Shown here: piece by piece, positions 34,968 through 46,308 of the stretch
Position numbering within the stretch: position 1 is the first letter of the stretch
Layout of the letters: each line of letters opens with the position of its first letter
Assembly: GCA_963822965.1 (NCBI GenBank)
Contig: CAWGJT010000005.1
Coordinates: 352,001 to 416,000, forward strand
Length of the DNA: 64,000 nucleotides
Direction: 5' to 3'
DNA from: an uncultured delta proteobacterium
GTDB taxonomy: Bacteria > Myxococcota_A > UBA9160 > UBA4427
Translations under genes and position numbers: made by a program
The notes under the pieces: model-generated
What the model was told of the DNA's origin: nothing
Seen by the model: the letters and a program-made list of their open reading frames with translations, nothing else
Databases searched by the model: none

Positions 34968-37900
34968 CCGTGGCTCCTCTCTTCGTCGTGGCTCCGCGGG
35001 GAATCGTCCTCGATGCGCGTCACCTGGGCGAGATAGGTGATGGCCGGACGCGTGTTGAGCTCCTGCAGCGAGTGGTAGGAGCGCCGATCGTCCTGGCTCT
35101 TCTGGACGACCTGGCTCTTCTCGTCCTTCGAGTTGCCGAAGGTGATCGCGCTCGTCGGGCACGACTGCTGGCAGGCGGTCAGCACCTCGCCGTCGGCGAT
35201 CGGCCGCTTCTCGTCCTTCGCCTTCTGTCGCGAGTACTCGATCCGCTGGTAGCAGAACGTGCACTTCTCCATCACGCCCTGCCCGCGCACGGTCACGTCG
35301 GGGTTGAGCATCATGCCGAGCAGACCCGGCCAGTTCTCGCGGCTGTAGTCGAAGTAGTTGAAGCGCCGCACCTTGTAGACGCAGTTGTTCGCGCAGTAGC
35401 GCGTGCCCACGCAACGGTTGTAGATCATCCCGTTGATGCCCTCGGGCGTGTGGTAGGTGGCGATCACCGGACACACCGCCTCGCAGGGCGCCGCGCCGCA
35501 GTGCTGGCACAGCATCGGTGCCTGGCGGACGTCCACCTGGCCGAGCTCCTCGCTGTCCGGATGGGGTCGCCGTTTCTGGCCACCGCTGCCGGTCGCCCTC
35601 GCCGATGTAGCGCTCGATGCGGAGCCAGGTCATCTCCCGGTGCCGGGTGGCGCCGTCCTGGCCGACCACCGGGACGTTGTTCTCGATGTAGCAGGCCGCG
35701 ATGCAGGCCGAGCAGCCCGTGCAGCGGTCGTTGTCGATGGTCATGCCCCAGCGGTACGGCGAGTCGGGGTTCGCATCGTTCTGCATCTCGTACGCGAAGG
35801 GCGGTCCCTCCGCGTGGTGCCCTTCGTACTGGTCCGCCTCCGGGACCGGCGCGGAATGGCCCTTCTCCTTCACCAGGGCGACCGCGGACACCGCGGGGAC
35901 CAGACCGCGTTCATGCTGGTTGTCGGTCCACTGGGAGAGGGGAATGCGGCTGAACGCGCCGGTCCGGCTGAGCTTCGCCCGGGTCGTGAGGAAGGCCCGC
36001 GACCCGGCCTCGTCCGAGACGGCGGGCAGCACCGACAGGATGTTCACGCCGCGCGCGACGCCCGGGGCGCCGTCGTTCTCCATCGAGGCGTAGAGGCCGA
36101 CGGTGTGGCCCTGCCCGATCGCCACGGCGACCACGTCGTCGCGCACGCCGCCCCGGGGATAGACCGGAAGCTCCACCGAGCCGGCTCCGAAGCCCGGTGT
36201 CGACCCGGATGACGTCGCCGAAATCCACGCCCAGCCGGCGCGCGGTCTCGTTGCTGATCTCCGCCCACGACTGCCAGCTCGCCTTGGTGACCGGGTCGGG
36301 AATCTCCTGCAGCCAGGGCAACGCGGCGCCGCTGCCGTCCGACAGCATCGAGTGCGCGTACGCGACGAGGGTGTGCTCCCCCTCCCCTTCGAGCTTCGGC
36401 AGCCACCGCGGAGAGGTCGGCGACCGAAGCGCGTCAGGCTCGGCGTCTTCGTCGGCGTCTTCTCGAAGACGCCGCCGCGATCCAGGGCCGCGCGCCAGCT
36501 CGTACCGCTCCAGTTGGCCTGCAGCACGTCGTAGGTCGTTCCCGCCGGCAGCCCGGCGGCGCCCACGGCGCGTCCCACCGAGAGCAGGGTGTCGCCGAGG
36601 GGCGCGGCCGCTCTTCAGGGGCCGGATGGTGGGCTGCTGCAGGGAGCGGACGCCCTTGCGCGGCTCCGCGTCGCCCCACGACTCCAGGGGCGTGAGATCC
36701 GGCAGCACCAGGTCGGCCTTCGCGCTCGTCTCGTCCTGCAACGCCGCAAACGAGACGACGAAGTCGACCTTCGACATCGCGTCGGGGAAGCCGAGGCCGC
36801 CGGGCATCGAGTAGACGGGGTTGGCGTCGTGGACGAGGAGCACGGCCACCTCGCCGCCGTTCATCTTGTCGGTCAGCCGGCGCAGGGCGTCGAGATTGGC
36901 GGGCGCGGGCGCGGTCTCCTGCTCGGGAAGCACCACCGCAGTGCCGAGTGCCCCGAGCATCGCGTTCAGCAGCATCACGGCCGCGGCGGTCGCGGTGGCC
37001 TGGGGGCCCGTGGCCGCCACGCCCGGCGGCAGGGCCACCGCCGACTTCGCGGCCAGCACGCGCTTCGCGAGCTTCTCGAGATCGGCCACCTCGATGCCGA
37101 CCTGCGAGGCGACGGCCCGGGTATCGACGCCCCGCAGCGCCGACTCGATGGCGGTGCGGTCGCCCGGGATCGGATCGCCGTGGGCCTTGCGCATCTCGTA
37201 GACCGCGGCGGCGAGGGCCAGGGCCACGATCCCTTCACTGCCGGCCGAGGCCGGAATCCACTCGTCGGCGTTCGAGGCGGTCATGGAGAGCCGGGGCCCC
37301 ACGTGGACGAGCCGCGCACCGCCGTTCGCATGCTTCTCGAGGTCCTGAGCCTCGGCGAATTGCCGGTTGGACTCGATGGAGAAGAGACCGCCGTCGAGGA
37401 AGTCCGAGCCGAAGTCGACGATCAGGTCGGCGCCGGAGACGTCGAAGATCGGCAGCACGGGCTCGCCGAAGACCAGGGCCGAAGCCGCACGCAGCGCGTC
37501 GTGGGAGAAGGGCTCGTAGACGACGCGTCCGCCCGCGCCCACGCCGGCCACGAAGCGATCGATGATTCCGTTCACCGTCGGGCCGCGGTCCGCGCCGAGC
37601 ACCCAGGTCTTCGCCCCGGCGGCGCGCAGCTTCTCGGCGAGCTTCGCCTCGGCCTCTTCCCAGGTGATGGGGGCGAGCTTTCCGTCGGCGCCCCGCGCCA
37701 TCGGACCCTCGTAGCGATCGGGGTGGTAGGTGCGGCCGATGCCGGCCTGACCCCGAGCGCACAGCTTGCCCTGGTTCACGGGATGGCTCGGGTTTCCCTC
37801 GAGCTTCACCGGACGACCCTCGCGGGTCTTGACGTGGAGACCGCAGGCCGCGGGACACTCTCGACAGGTGGACGAGTAGTAGACGGGGATGCCGGGGGTG

Positions 37901-38025
37901 ATGACCGCCGGCTGGACCACGTAGGGGACGAGCTTCTCGATGGGATCCGAGCAGCCCGCCGCGGCGGCGGCTCCCGCCCCGAGACCCACGAGTCTCAAGA
38001 AATCTCGACGATCTAGCTCAGGCAT
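34964..38025 (-). CDS. actB: Alternative complex III subunit ActB: molybdopterin-oxidoreductase-like domain fused to an Fe-S domain (several frameshifts)
   Basis: Tat signal DRRDFL plus AGC; EGRPVKLEGNPSHP; CTGCSACIAAC, CQHC..PCEAVCP, CVGTRYCANNC, MEKCTFC..ACQQSCP. Confidence 0.92.
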
Positions 38026-38104
38026 GCGTCCGTCCCGGAGATTGGGTGAGTGGTGGCTCGGGTCGGCCTGCGGGGGCCCACCGTGAGGCTTCGCGATGAC
38101 GGGC

Positions 38105-38857
38105 TCAGTGATGACATCGCATGCAGTCCGTCGGAGCCTGGTACTGCTCCTTGCGGTGGCACTGGATGCACCAGCCCATCTCCAGCGTCTGGGAGGGGAC
38201 CCCGTACTTCCAGTTCGTATCCGGCTGGACGTAGACCCGGTCCATCGTCTGCACCGGGCCGTGGCAGGTCTGGCAGGCGACGCCGAACTGGATGTGCCGG
38301 TTGTGCCGGAACTTCACGTACTCGGGCAGCCGGTACACCTGGTTCCACTCGATGGGCTTCTTCTCCTCCCAGTGCTTCTTCAGGATGCGGATGCCCTCGA
38401 GCTCGTCGTACTCGGGCGGGAACTGGGAGTGGCAGCCCATGCAGACGCCCAGCGCGGGCACGCCCGCGGCCCGCGAGCGGTCGGTGCCGGAGTGGCAGTA
38501 CTGGCAGTCGAGCTTCAGGTAGCCGGCGTGGTGCTTGTGGCTGAACGGGATCGGCTGGCGCAGGCCCGGATTGTCCTCGTTCCAGGCCTCGTCGTGGGCC
38601 AGGCAGGCCGCGAGGCTCGGATGGGACTTGTCGTACTCGGGCGGGATCTCGATCTCGAGGCTCGGGTCGCGCTCCTTGCGGGCCTTGAGCTTGTGGGCCT
38701 CGCAAACGCTTCCGGCCACGAGCTTCTCCGCGGCGGTGGAAGCCGACGGGGCCAACAGGGCCTCTCCGAGCACGAGCAGTGCGCCTGTCAGCACTGCGAC
38801 CGAGGTGATGCCCGCGGTGACCAGCCAGCGCCGGTGGGTCCTGCGGTTCAGGCTCAT
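38105..38857 (-). CDS. actA: Alternative complex III pentaheme cytochrome c ActA with an N-terminal extension
   Basis: QPIPFSHKHH; five CxxCH motifs (CQYCH, CMGCH, CQTCH, CIQCH, CMRCH); N-terminal TM. Confidence 0.92.
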   Translation of the reverse strand: MSLNRRTHRRWLVTAGITSVAVLTGALLVLGEALLAPSASTAAEKLVAGSVCEAHKLKARKERDPSLEIEIPPEYDKSHPSLAACLAHDEAWNEDNPGLRQPIPFSHKHHAGYLKLDCQYCHSGTDRSRAAGVPALGVCMGCHSQFPPEYDELEGIRILKKHWEEKKPIEWNQVYRLPEYVKFRHNRHIQFGVACQTCHGPVQTMDRVYVQPDTNWKYGVPSQTLEMGWCIQCHRKEQYQAPTDCMRCHH

Positions 38858-39298
38858 GACGATCCGTTGGCCCCCTGTCTTGATTCGCCTTGCGTCGCGA
38901 CCGACGTCTCCGCCGGACTGGAAGTGATCCGCCTGGCTGCCAGCTGCCGCGTACGACTGATCCCGGGCCGCCAGCGAGCGCCCCGAGAGATCGGGAGATG
39001 AGCGGAGCGCCCGGCGTCCGTTCGACGACGGGCAGGGGGTGATCCAATCCCCCCCACGACCGCGACCGGCAGTATGATTGGGCGCCAATGCCGGTCCAAC
39101 GCATCGGATCGTTGCACCGCGAAGACCCATTCGCCGCGGTCCGCGGCCGCGAGGTCGCCTCGTGCGAGGGCGTCGCCAGCTGATAGAATCGCGGCATCCC
39201 AGCGGACGGCTCCGCAGACCCCGCCATGGAGCGCCGTCTCCGCATTGCCTTGAAAACCCTACGGAGGTGCCGGCGATGATCGGCTTCAGCCGCAGCGA

Positions 39299-40401
39299 AT
39301 GATCGGCTTCGACCCCAGCGAAGAGCAGCAGCTCATCGTCGAGACCGTGCGCCAGTTCGTCGAGAACGAGATCCGGCCCCACTCGCGCGACTGCGACGAG
39401 GCGCAGGCCCTCTCGAAGGACGTGCTCTCCCAGGCCCACGAGCTGGGGCTGGTCGCGAACGGGCTGCCCGAGGCCCACGGCGGCGGCGGCGAGCGCAGCG
39501 CCGTCACCAGCTGCCTGGTCGTCGAGGAGCTCGCCTTCGGCGACCTCTCCCTGGCCCTCGGCGTGCTGTCCCCGTCCCTGCTCGGCCGTGCCGGTGATGG
39601 ACTTCGGCACGCAGGCGCAGCAGAGCGAGCTGCTGCCGGGCCTGTGCGGCGACTCCTTCGAGCCCGGCAGCCTGGCCCTGGTCGAGCCGCGCTTCGACTT
39701 CGACCCCCTGGCACCCGCGAGACCCGGGCCCGCCGCGACGGCGACGACTACCGGCTCGACGGCGCCAAGTGCCTGGTGCCCTGGCTCGACGGCGGGCGGT
39801 CCCGTGCTCGTCGTGGCCGAGGAGGACGGGATTCCCCAGGCCTTCCTGGTGCCGCGCGGCGCGGCGGGGATGAACGCGACGCCCGAAGCCAACCTCGGGC
39901 TCGCGGGCCTTCCCACGGTGGAGCTCGCGCTCGAGGGCGTGCAGCGTGCCGCAGAGCGCACGGCTCGGAGGCGAGGCCGGCATCCAGCTGCAGCGGCTCC
40001 TCGATCGGGGCCGCGTGGCCACCGCTGCGGCGGGCGTCGGCATGGCTCGTGCGTCGTTCGAGCTGGCCCGCGACTACGCGAAGGAGCGCCAGGCCTTCGG
40101 CGCCCCCATCGCCACCAAGCAGGCGATCGCCTTCAAGCTCGCCGACATGGCCATCGAGATCGACGCCGCGCGGCTGCTCACCTGGGAGGCCGCGGCCGCC
40201 CTGGACGGCGGAGACGACGGCGAGGCCTGTACGCGCTTCGCGCGGCTCGCCTTCGACAAGGCCCGCCGCACGGCTCTGCAGGCGGCCGACGGGGCGGTGC
40301 AGATCCTCGGCGGCCACGGCTACATCCGCGACTACCTGCCCGAGATGCACCTGCGCAACGCCGGCGGCTTCTGCAACTACGAGGCCCTCTGCCTGATCTG
40401 A
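39299..40401 (+). CDS. Acyl-CoA dehydrogenase, FadE24-like subunit (frameshifted)
   Basis: SEEQQLIVETVRQF, EELAFGD, YAKERQAFG, QAIAFKLADM, QILGGHGYIRD. Confidence 0.9.
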
Positions 40402-40436
40402 GGCCGGAACACCTCCGAAAAGGGAAAGGTGACGAG

Positions 40437-41670
40437 ATGGCGATCTCTTTCGAGCTGACCCGCAACAGCGTCCTCGCGCGCGAGCACTACAACCGCATCG
40501 CGCGGGAGCAGATGCGCCCCCTCTCCCGAGAGGCCGATCGCGCCGAGCACGTGCTGCCCCGGAAGTGGGTCGACTTCTGGTGGAACGAGGGTCGCAAAGG
40601 CTCACCCGGCGATCCGAGCGCGGAGAGCGACGGCTTCGTCACGGTCTGCATCCAGGCCGAGGAGCTGTGCTGGGGAGACGCCGGCCTCTACCTGCGCATG
40701 CCGACCGCGGCGCTGGGCGGCTCGGCGGTCGGTGCCGCGGGCACGCCCGAGCAGCGCGCGAAGTTCATGGCGCCCTTCCGCGACAGCCCGCACCCCGTGT
40801 GGGGCGCCATGGCGATCACGGAGCCGGAGGCCGGCTCGGACGCGGCCGCCATCCAGACCACCGCCGAACTCGACGAGGACGACGAACGAGTGGATCCTGA
40901 ACGGTACCAAGATCTTCTGCACCGCGGGAGAGGGCGCGTCCCAGGTGGAGGGCGGCTTCGTGGTGGTCTGGGCCACCATCGACAAGTCGGCCGGACGCGG
41001 CGGCATCAAGTCGTTCGTCGTGCCCGCGAAGACGCCGGGCATGGAGCTCGTCGGCCTCGAGAAGAAGATGGGCATCCGCGCGTCGGACACCGCGACCCTG
41101 CGCCTGGAGAACTGCCGCGTGCCGGCCGGCAACCTGCTCGGCAGCGCCGAGGTCAAGAAGAAGAAGAAGGAGGGACCCGCCGGAGACAAGGGCTTCAAGG
41201 GCGCGATGGCCACCTTCGACGCCAGCCGCCCCATCGTCGCGGCCATGGCCGTCGGCGTGGGCCGCGCCTCCCTCGACTTCCTCAAGGAGGAGCTCGGGCG
41301 CCAGGGCGTGAAGCTGCGCTACGACGCGCCGCCCCACGCGCTCTCCGCCATCGAGCGCGACGTCATGGAGATGGAGGCCGAGCTCCAGGGGGCCCGGCTC
41401 CTCACCTGGCGCTCGGCGCAGATGATGGGCCACGGCAAGCCCAACAACCTCGAGGCCTCGATGGCGAAGGCCAAGGCCGGCCTCGCCGTCACGCAGATCA
41501 CCCAGCGCGCCGTGGAGATCCTCGGCCCCATCGGCCACTCCCAGAAGCTCCTGGTGGAGAAGTGGATGCGCGATGCCAAGATCAACGACATCTTCGAGGG
41601 GACGCAGCAGATCAACCAGCTGATCGTCGCCCGCCGAATCCTCGACTACTCCTCGTCGCTGCTGCGGTAG
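40437..41670 (+). CDS. Acyl-CoA dehydrogenase, FadE23-like subunit (frameshift near 40880)
   Basis: EELCWGD, AMAITEPEAGSD, NGTKIF, EKKMGIRASDT, KWMRDAKINDIFEGTQQIN. Confidence 0.93.
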
Positions 41671-41732
41671 CCTCGTCGCTGCTGCGGTAGTCTTCGTCGC
41701 TGCAGCGTTGGTCCTCGTCGCTGCTGCGCTGG
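41651..41732. repeat. 20-bp tandem echo of the acyl-CoA dehydrogenase 3' end
   Basis: CCTCGTCGCTGCTGCGGTAG at 41651 and 41671, plus two degenerate copies. Confidence 0.9.
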
Positions 41733-41752
41733 CCAACCCAAAGGAAGCCCCC

Positions 41753-42007
41753 ATGCCCGTCGCCCAGGACCTCCTCGAGATCCTCGTGTGCCCCGAGTCC
41801 CGGCAGCCGGTGAAGCCGGCGCCGGAAGACCTGCTGGCCGACCTGAACCGCCGCATCCAGGCGGGCAGCCTGCGCAACCGGGGCGGCGGAAAGGTCGAGA
41901 AGCCCATCGCGGAGGGCCTCGTCCGGGAGGACGGACGCATCCTCTACATCGTCGACGACGACATTCCCGTGATGCTGATCGAGGAGAGCATCGAGCTGGG
42001 GGCGTAG
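41753..42007 (+). CDS. Trm112/YcaR-family protein
   Basis: LLEILVCPES..LYIVDDDIPVML. Confidence 0.85.
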   Translation: MPVAQDLLEILVCPESRQPVKPAPEDLLADLNRRIQAGSLRNRGGGKVEKPIAEGLVREDGRILYIVDDDIPVMLIEESIELGA

Positions 42008-42053
42008 ACCCGGGGCACCCCGGCCGAGCCCGGCTTCCCCAGCGACCGAAGCC

Positions 42054-42849
42054 TCAGCTCGCGAACTCGCGCTTCTTCAGCTGTCGGACGTACTCGGAGA
42101 GCTCGGCGTCCGAGGCGACCAGCGCGAGATCCGCTCCTCGAACTCGGCGGCGCTCTTCTTGAGCGGCTCCTCGTCGATGCGGGAGCGGGAGCAGCTGGCC
42201 GAGCTTCTGCAGCAGGGCCAGGGCGCCGCGCGGGTTCGGCGACGCGTTGATGTAGTGGGGCAGCCCCGCCCACAGGCTCACCACCGGCAGCCCCTCCTCC
42301 TCGAGCCGGTCGCCGAGCACGCCCACGATGCCCGTCGGCCCCTGGTAGTCCGAGGCCGCCACCGAGAGCCCGTCGAGGTCTTCGTCGCGGGTCGCGAAGC
42401 CGCTCACCTGCACCGGCTGGGAGTAGACGACGTCGGCCTGGTACGCACCCAGGATGAACGGCGCGCCCCACGTCCAGCCGCCGGGCCAGGGCCACCACCG
42501 CGTCGCAGTAGCTGCGCCAGCGCAGGTGCGGCTCGATGCCGACGCCGGTCACGACCTCGCGCACCTCGTCGAGCGAGCCGTAACGCAGCTCGGTGTCCGG
42601 CCAGAGGATGATCCGCTCCCGCCCGCCGCCCTTTCGCCGGGGACGCTGCACCACCTCGGGCCGCCGCACCGTGAAGTCGAAGAAGTCCTCGCAGTCGATC
42701 TCCGCCAGGGGCACCGAGTGGATCGCGGCGTCGATGTAGCGCACGGCGGTGGTCGCGGCCTCTCCCGCGTCGTTCCAGCCCGCGAACGCGAGGATCAGCG
42801 ACGGCTGGTGCAGGACGGGTTCCACGTGCATGCGAAGCGGATCGGTCAC
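42054..42849 (-). CDS. PAC2-family (proteasome assembly chaperone-like) protein (frameshifted)
   Basis: AFAGWNDAGEAAT, FFDFTVRRP, GIEPHLRW, YQGPTGIVG, SLWAGLPHY, PNPRGALAL. Confidence 0.85.
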
Positions 42850-42901
42850 CCGGGAAGGGTCGCACGATCCCGCACCGTCCCGACAAGGGTGCGCGCCGGA
42901 T

Positions 42902-43605
42902 TCAACGCTCGAATCGGTAGCCGTGTCCCCGCACGGACACGATGTGGCGCGGTCGAGACGGATCCGGTTCGATATAGCGACGCAGGCGCACGACGAAGCT
43001 GTCGACCACGCGCGTCTGGGTGTCGGGCCGCAGGCCCCACACCTCTCCAGCAGCTCGCCGCGCGTGACGGCCTTGCCTTCGTGCGCGATCAGCGCGCGCA
43101 GCAGACCCATCTCGCGCGTGGTGAGGGAGAAGGTGCCCCGGGGCGTCTCGATCTCGAAGCGATCGAAGAAGACGGCCACGTCGCCGAAGCGGAACTCCCG
43201 GGGCGTCCGGTCGCCACCGCCGTGCCAGCGTCGCCGGCGCAGCAGGCCCTTCACCCGCGCCAGCAGCTCGTCGAGCTGGAAGGGCTTCGTGAGGTAGTCG
43301 TCGGCGCCCTCCTCGATCCCCCGCACCACGTCGCTCGAGTCGTCCTTTGCGGTGAGGATCAGGATCGCCACGTAGTTCCCCGCCGCGCGGGTGCGCCGAG
43401 CGACCTCGAACCCGCTCATCTCCGGCAGCATCAGGTCGAGGATCACCAGGTCGAACGTCCCGTCCGGATTCGTGAGCTGCGAGACGGCCTCGCGGCCGTC
43501 GTGGGCGACCACGACCTCGTAGCCCTCGGCCTCGAGGTTGAAGCGGAGCCCGTCGGCGATGTGGGCGTCGTCCTCCACCACGAGGATGCGTGCCTTGGTC
43601 GTCAT
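42902..43605 (-). CDS. OmpR/PhoB-family response regulator (frameshift near 43040)
   Basis: ILVVEDD, ILDLMLP, GADDYLTKPF; winged helix TRVVDSFVVRLR..VRGHGYRF. Confidence 0.93.
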
Positions 43606-43621
43606 GGGCTCAGGAGAGTCG

Positions 43622-44555
43622 TCATGGGATCGGGGGCTCCGGGGCCGCGCGCAGGGTGACCACGAAGCGGCTGCCGCGGCCGGCGCCCTCGCTGCTGGCG
43701 ACCACCCGGCCGCCATACCGGCGCACCAGACTGCGGACGACGAAGAGGCCGAGGCCGAGCCCCGAGACCTGACGCTGGACGTCCCGGCCCGCCCGATAGA
43801 AGCGCTGGAAGATCTTCCGCAGCTCGCCCGGGGGAATGCCGATGCCCTGGTCCGAGATGGCCACCTCCACCCGGCCCTCTCGCACCTCCCGCACCGTGAC
43901 GCGCACCCGCACCGGGTCCTCCGAGTACTTCACGGCGTTCTCGAGCAGGTTCGCGAAGACCAGCGCGAGCTCGCTCGCCGTCTCCGCGCACCGGCTCTCG
44001 CCGCGCGCCTCGAGGCTCACGGCCTCGGGGGGCAGCCGATGGCGCTCGACGACCCCGGCGATGCAGTCCCGGATCACGGCGACGAGCTCCACGCGCTCGC
44101 TGCGCGTGCCGCGCCGGGCTTCTTCGGCCCGGGCCGCGGCGAGCACCTGGCCGACGGTCGCGTCGAGGCGGTCGAGGTCCTACGCGCATGCGGTCCAGGA
44201 ACTCGGCGCGGCGTTCGGGCTCCGGATCGTGCCGGCGCAGGGTGTCCAGATAGAGACGGAAGGACGCCAGGGGCGTCTTCATCTCGTGGGTCACGGCGTC
44301 GAGGAAGGCGCGCTGGCGCTGGTTGAGCCGCATCTCGCGGACGAGCCAGGCGCAAATCCAGACGAGCCCGATCATCACCAGCAGGAAGAACAGGCTGCCG
44401 AGGATGAGCAGCAGCCAGTCCGTCGGACGCAGGCCGCGCAGCGCGTCCGGACGGCCGGTCCACAGCAGCACCTGCCACCCCACCGCCAGGGTCACGAGCA
44501 GCAGCATCAGCACGATGCCGATCGTGAGCGGCGTGAGCGTCGAGCGCCGGAACAT
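43622..44555 (-). CDS. Sensor histidine kinase (two TM, HisKA and HATPase; frameshift near 44180)
   Basis: VTHEMKTPL, NLLENAVKYS, DQGIGI, GLGLGL. Confidence 0.93.
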
Positions 44556-44805
44556 GGATCCCCCCGCTGGACCAGAACGCCCTCCCCCGCGGCTCGGGAG
44601 GGGATCGCTAGAGGCCCGGCCGGAAAGTGTACCGCGGCACCGAGAGTGTCTTCCGCGGCGTCCTGGCAAGGCGCGCGACCGAGGCGTAACCGAAGCTACG
44701 GGGACGGGAGCGGAACGCAGCCAGGGCGTCGTGGGGGCGCTCGAATGCAGGTCGCACTTTTCGGCCGGGCCTCTAGTATAGATCGCCACCCCGCCCGGAG
44801 AAGCC

Positions 44806-46277
44806 TTGTCCATCTCTCGCCGCCCTCGTCGCACGCACTGGCTCGGGGCTCTTGCCTTCTTCGTCCTCGCGCTCCCGGTGCCCGTGGCCCGCGCGGGACC
44901 GCCGCCCCCGGGCGAGTGTCCGTCGGTCTCGGGCGTGCCGCTGCTGGAAGAAGGCAAGGGGCTGGTGGACGCGCCGCCCGTCCTGCTCCGGGAAGGCACG
45001 ATGGTGGACGCCGAGAGGCTCCTGATGCTGCGCCGCCTGCTGCCGGCGGTCATCTGGCAGCATCGCGAGGCCTTCTTCTACGACGGCATGCGCATGGAGA
45101 TCGGCGGCTGCTACGCGGCCTATCCCGCCTTCGGGCCCTACAAGGCCGCGACGCAGCGCTTCCGCGGCCAGGCGAAGCTCGACGACGAGGGCAACCTCCT
45201 GGACTACACGGCGGGACTGCCGTTTCCCGCCCGACGACATCGACCCGGAGGCCGGGCGAGGCCGCCGCTCGCTGGGCGTGGAACCTCGAGGAGCGCTGGC
45301 GCGGCGCCGGCTACCGCGGGAAGGTTCCGGATCACCGAGATCCCGGCGCGCGTCGGCGGCATCCTCACCTTCGATGGCCGCTTCTTCTTCCTGCAGATCG
45401 GCCACCGCAGCCGATCTGGCGGAAGACGGCTACCGGCTGCCCGAGCAGAAGGACCTGGTGTGGGCGGCCGGCGGCGAGTTCGAGAGCCCCTTCGACGCGC
45501 GCGGACTGGCGTGGCGGCAGTTCCGCTCCCGCGAATCCGAGCGAGAAGCACGACGAGTCCGGACGACATCTTCGTCTACGTCCCCACCATGCGGAAGCAG
45601 CGACGCGCCGCGACGAACTGGGTGGACGGCCTCTACGTGCCCACCTACACCTCGGGCAACGAGGGCGCGGGCGGCGGCCTGGTCTACGGCGACGGCGCCA
45701 GCATCGCGCCCACGGCGGGACTGTCCATCGCCGCCAGCGAGGACATGGGACGCGGCCTGACGGGTTCAGCCTGCGACCCAACGAGTACGTGTGGCGGTAC
45801 CTGGGCGAGCAGGCGGTGATCGCGCCGCTCAACGCGTCGCGGCCCGGCTATCCCGTGGACGACAAGCGCAACTTCGGATTCAGCGGCCTCTCGTTCGCGA
45901 GCGATCGCTGGGACGTGCGCTGGGCGGTGATCATCGAGGGCGCCCGGCGCACCTCGGGCGGCGACATCCGCACCCTGGAGGTCTGGATCGACTACCAGAC
46001 CCAGCAGCCGCTCTACTGGATCACGCGCACCGGCAAGCGCCGACTGCTGGACATCGGCATCCTGGTGCACCGCTTCACCGGCGACGTCCTGGGCGCGCCC
46101 GAGTGGCCGGGCGGAATTCCGGCGAACGTCTTCGAGCCCGTCGGGGCCGCGTTCTACAGCGCCATCTCCGGGGGCGGCGGCTGGCGGCGCGAGTCCTACG
46201 ACCTGCGCTCGGGCCCGGTGGACGAAGGCGAGCGCCGCACCATGACCTCCGCCGACGCCCTCGGCAAGGGCCGCTGA
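44806..46277 (+). CDS. DUF1329-like secreted protein (LolA-like fold; several frameshifts)
   Basis: Signal peptide; YTAGLPFP..IDP..AARWAWN, DDIFVYVPTMRKQRR, WIDYQTQQPLY; convergent with a DUF1302-like gene. Confidence 0.7.
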
Positions 46278-46308
46278 GCTTCAGCCCGCTGCGCCTCGGC
46301 CGCTTGGC

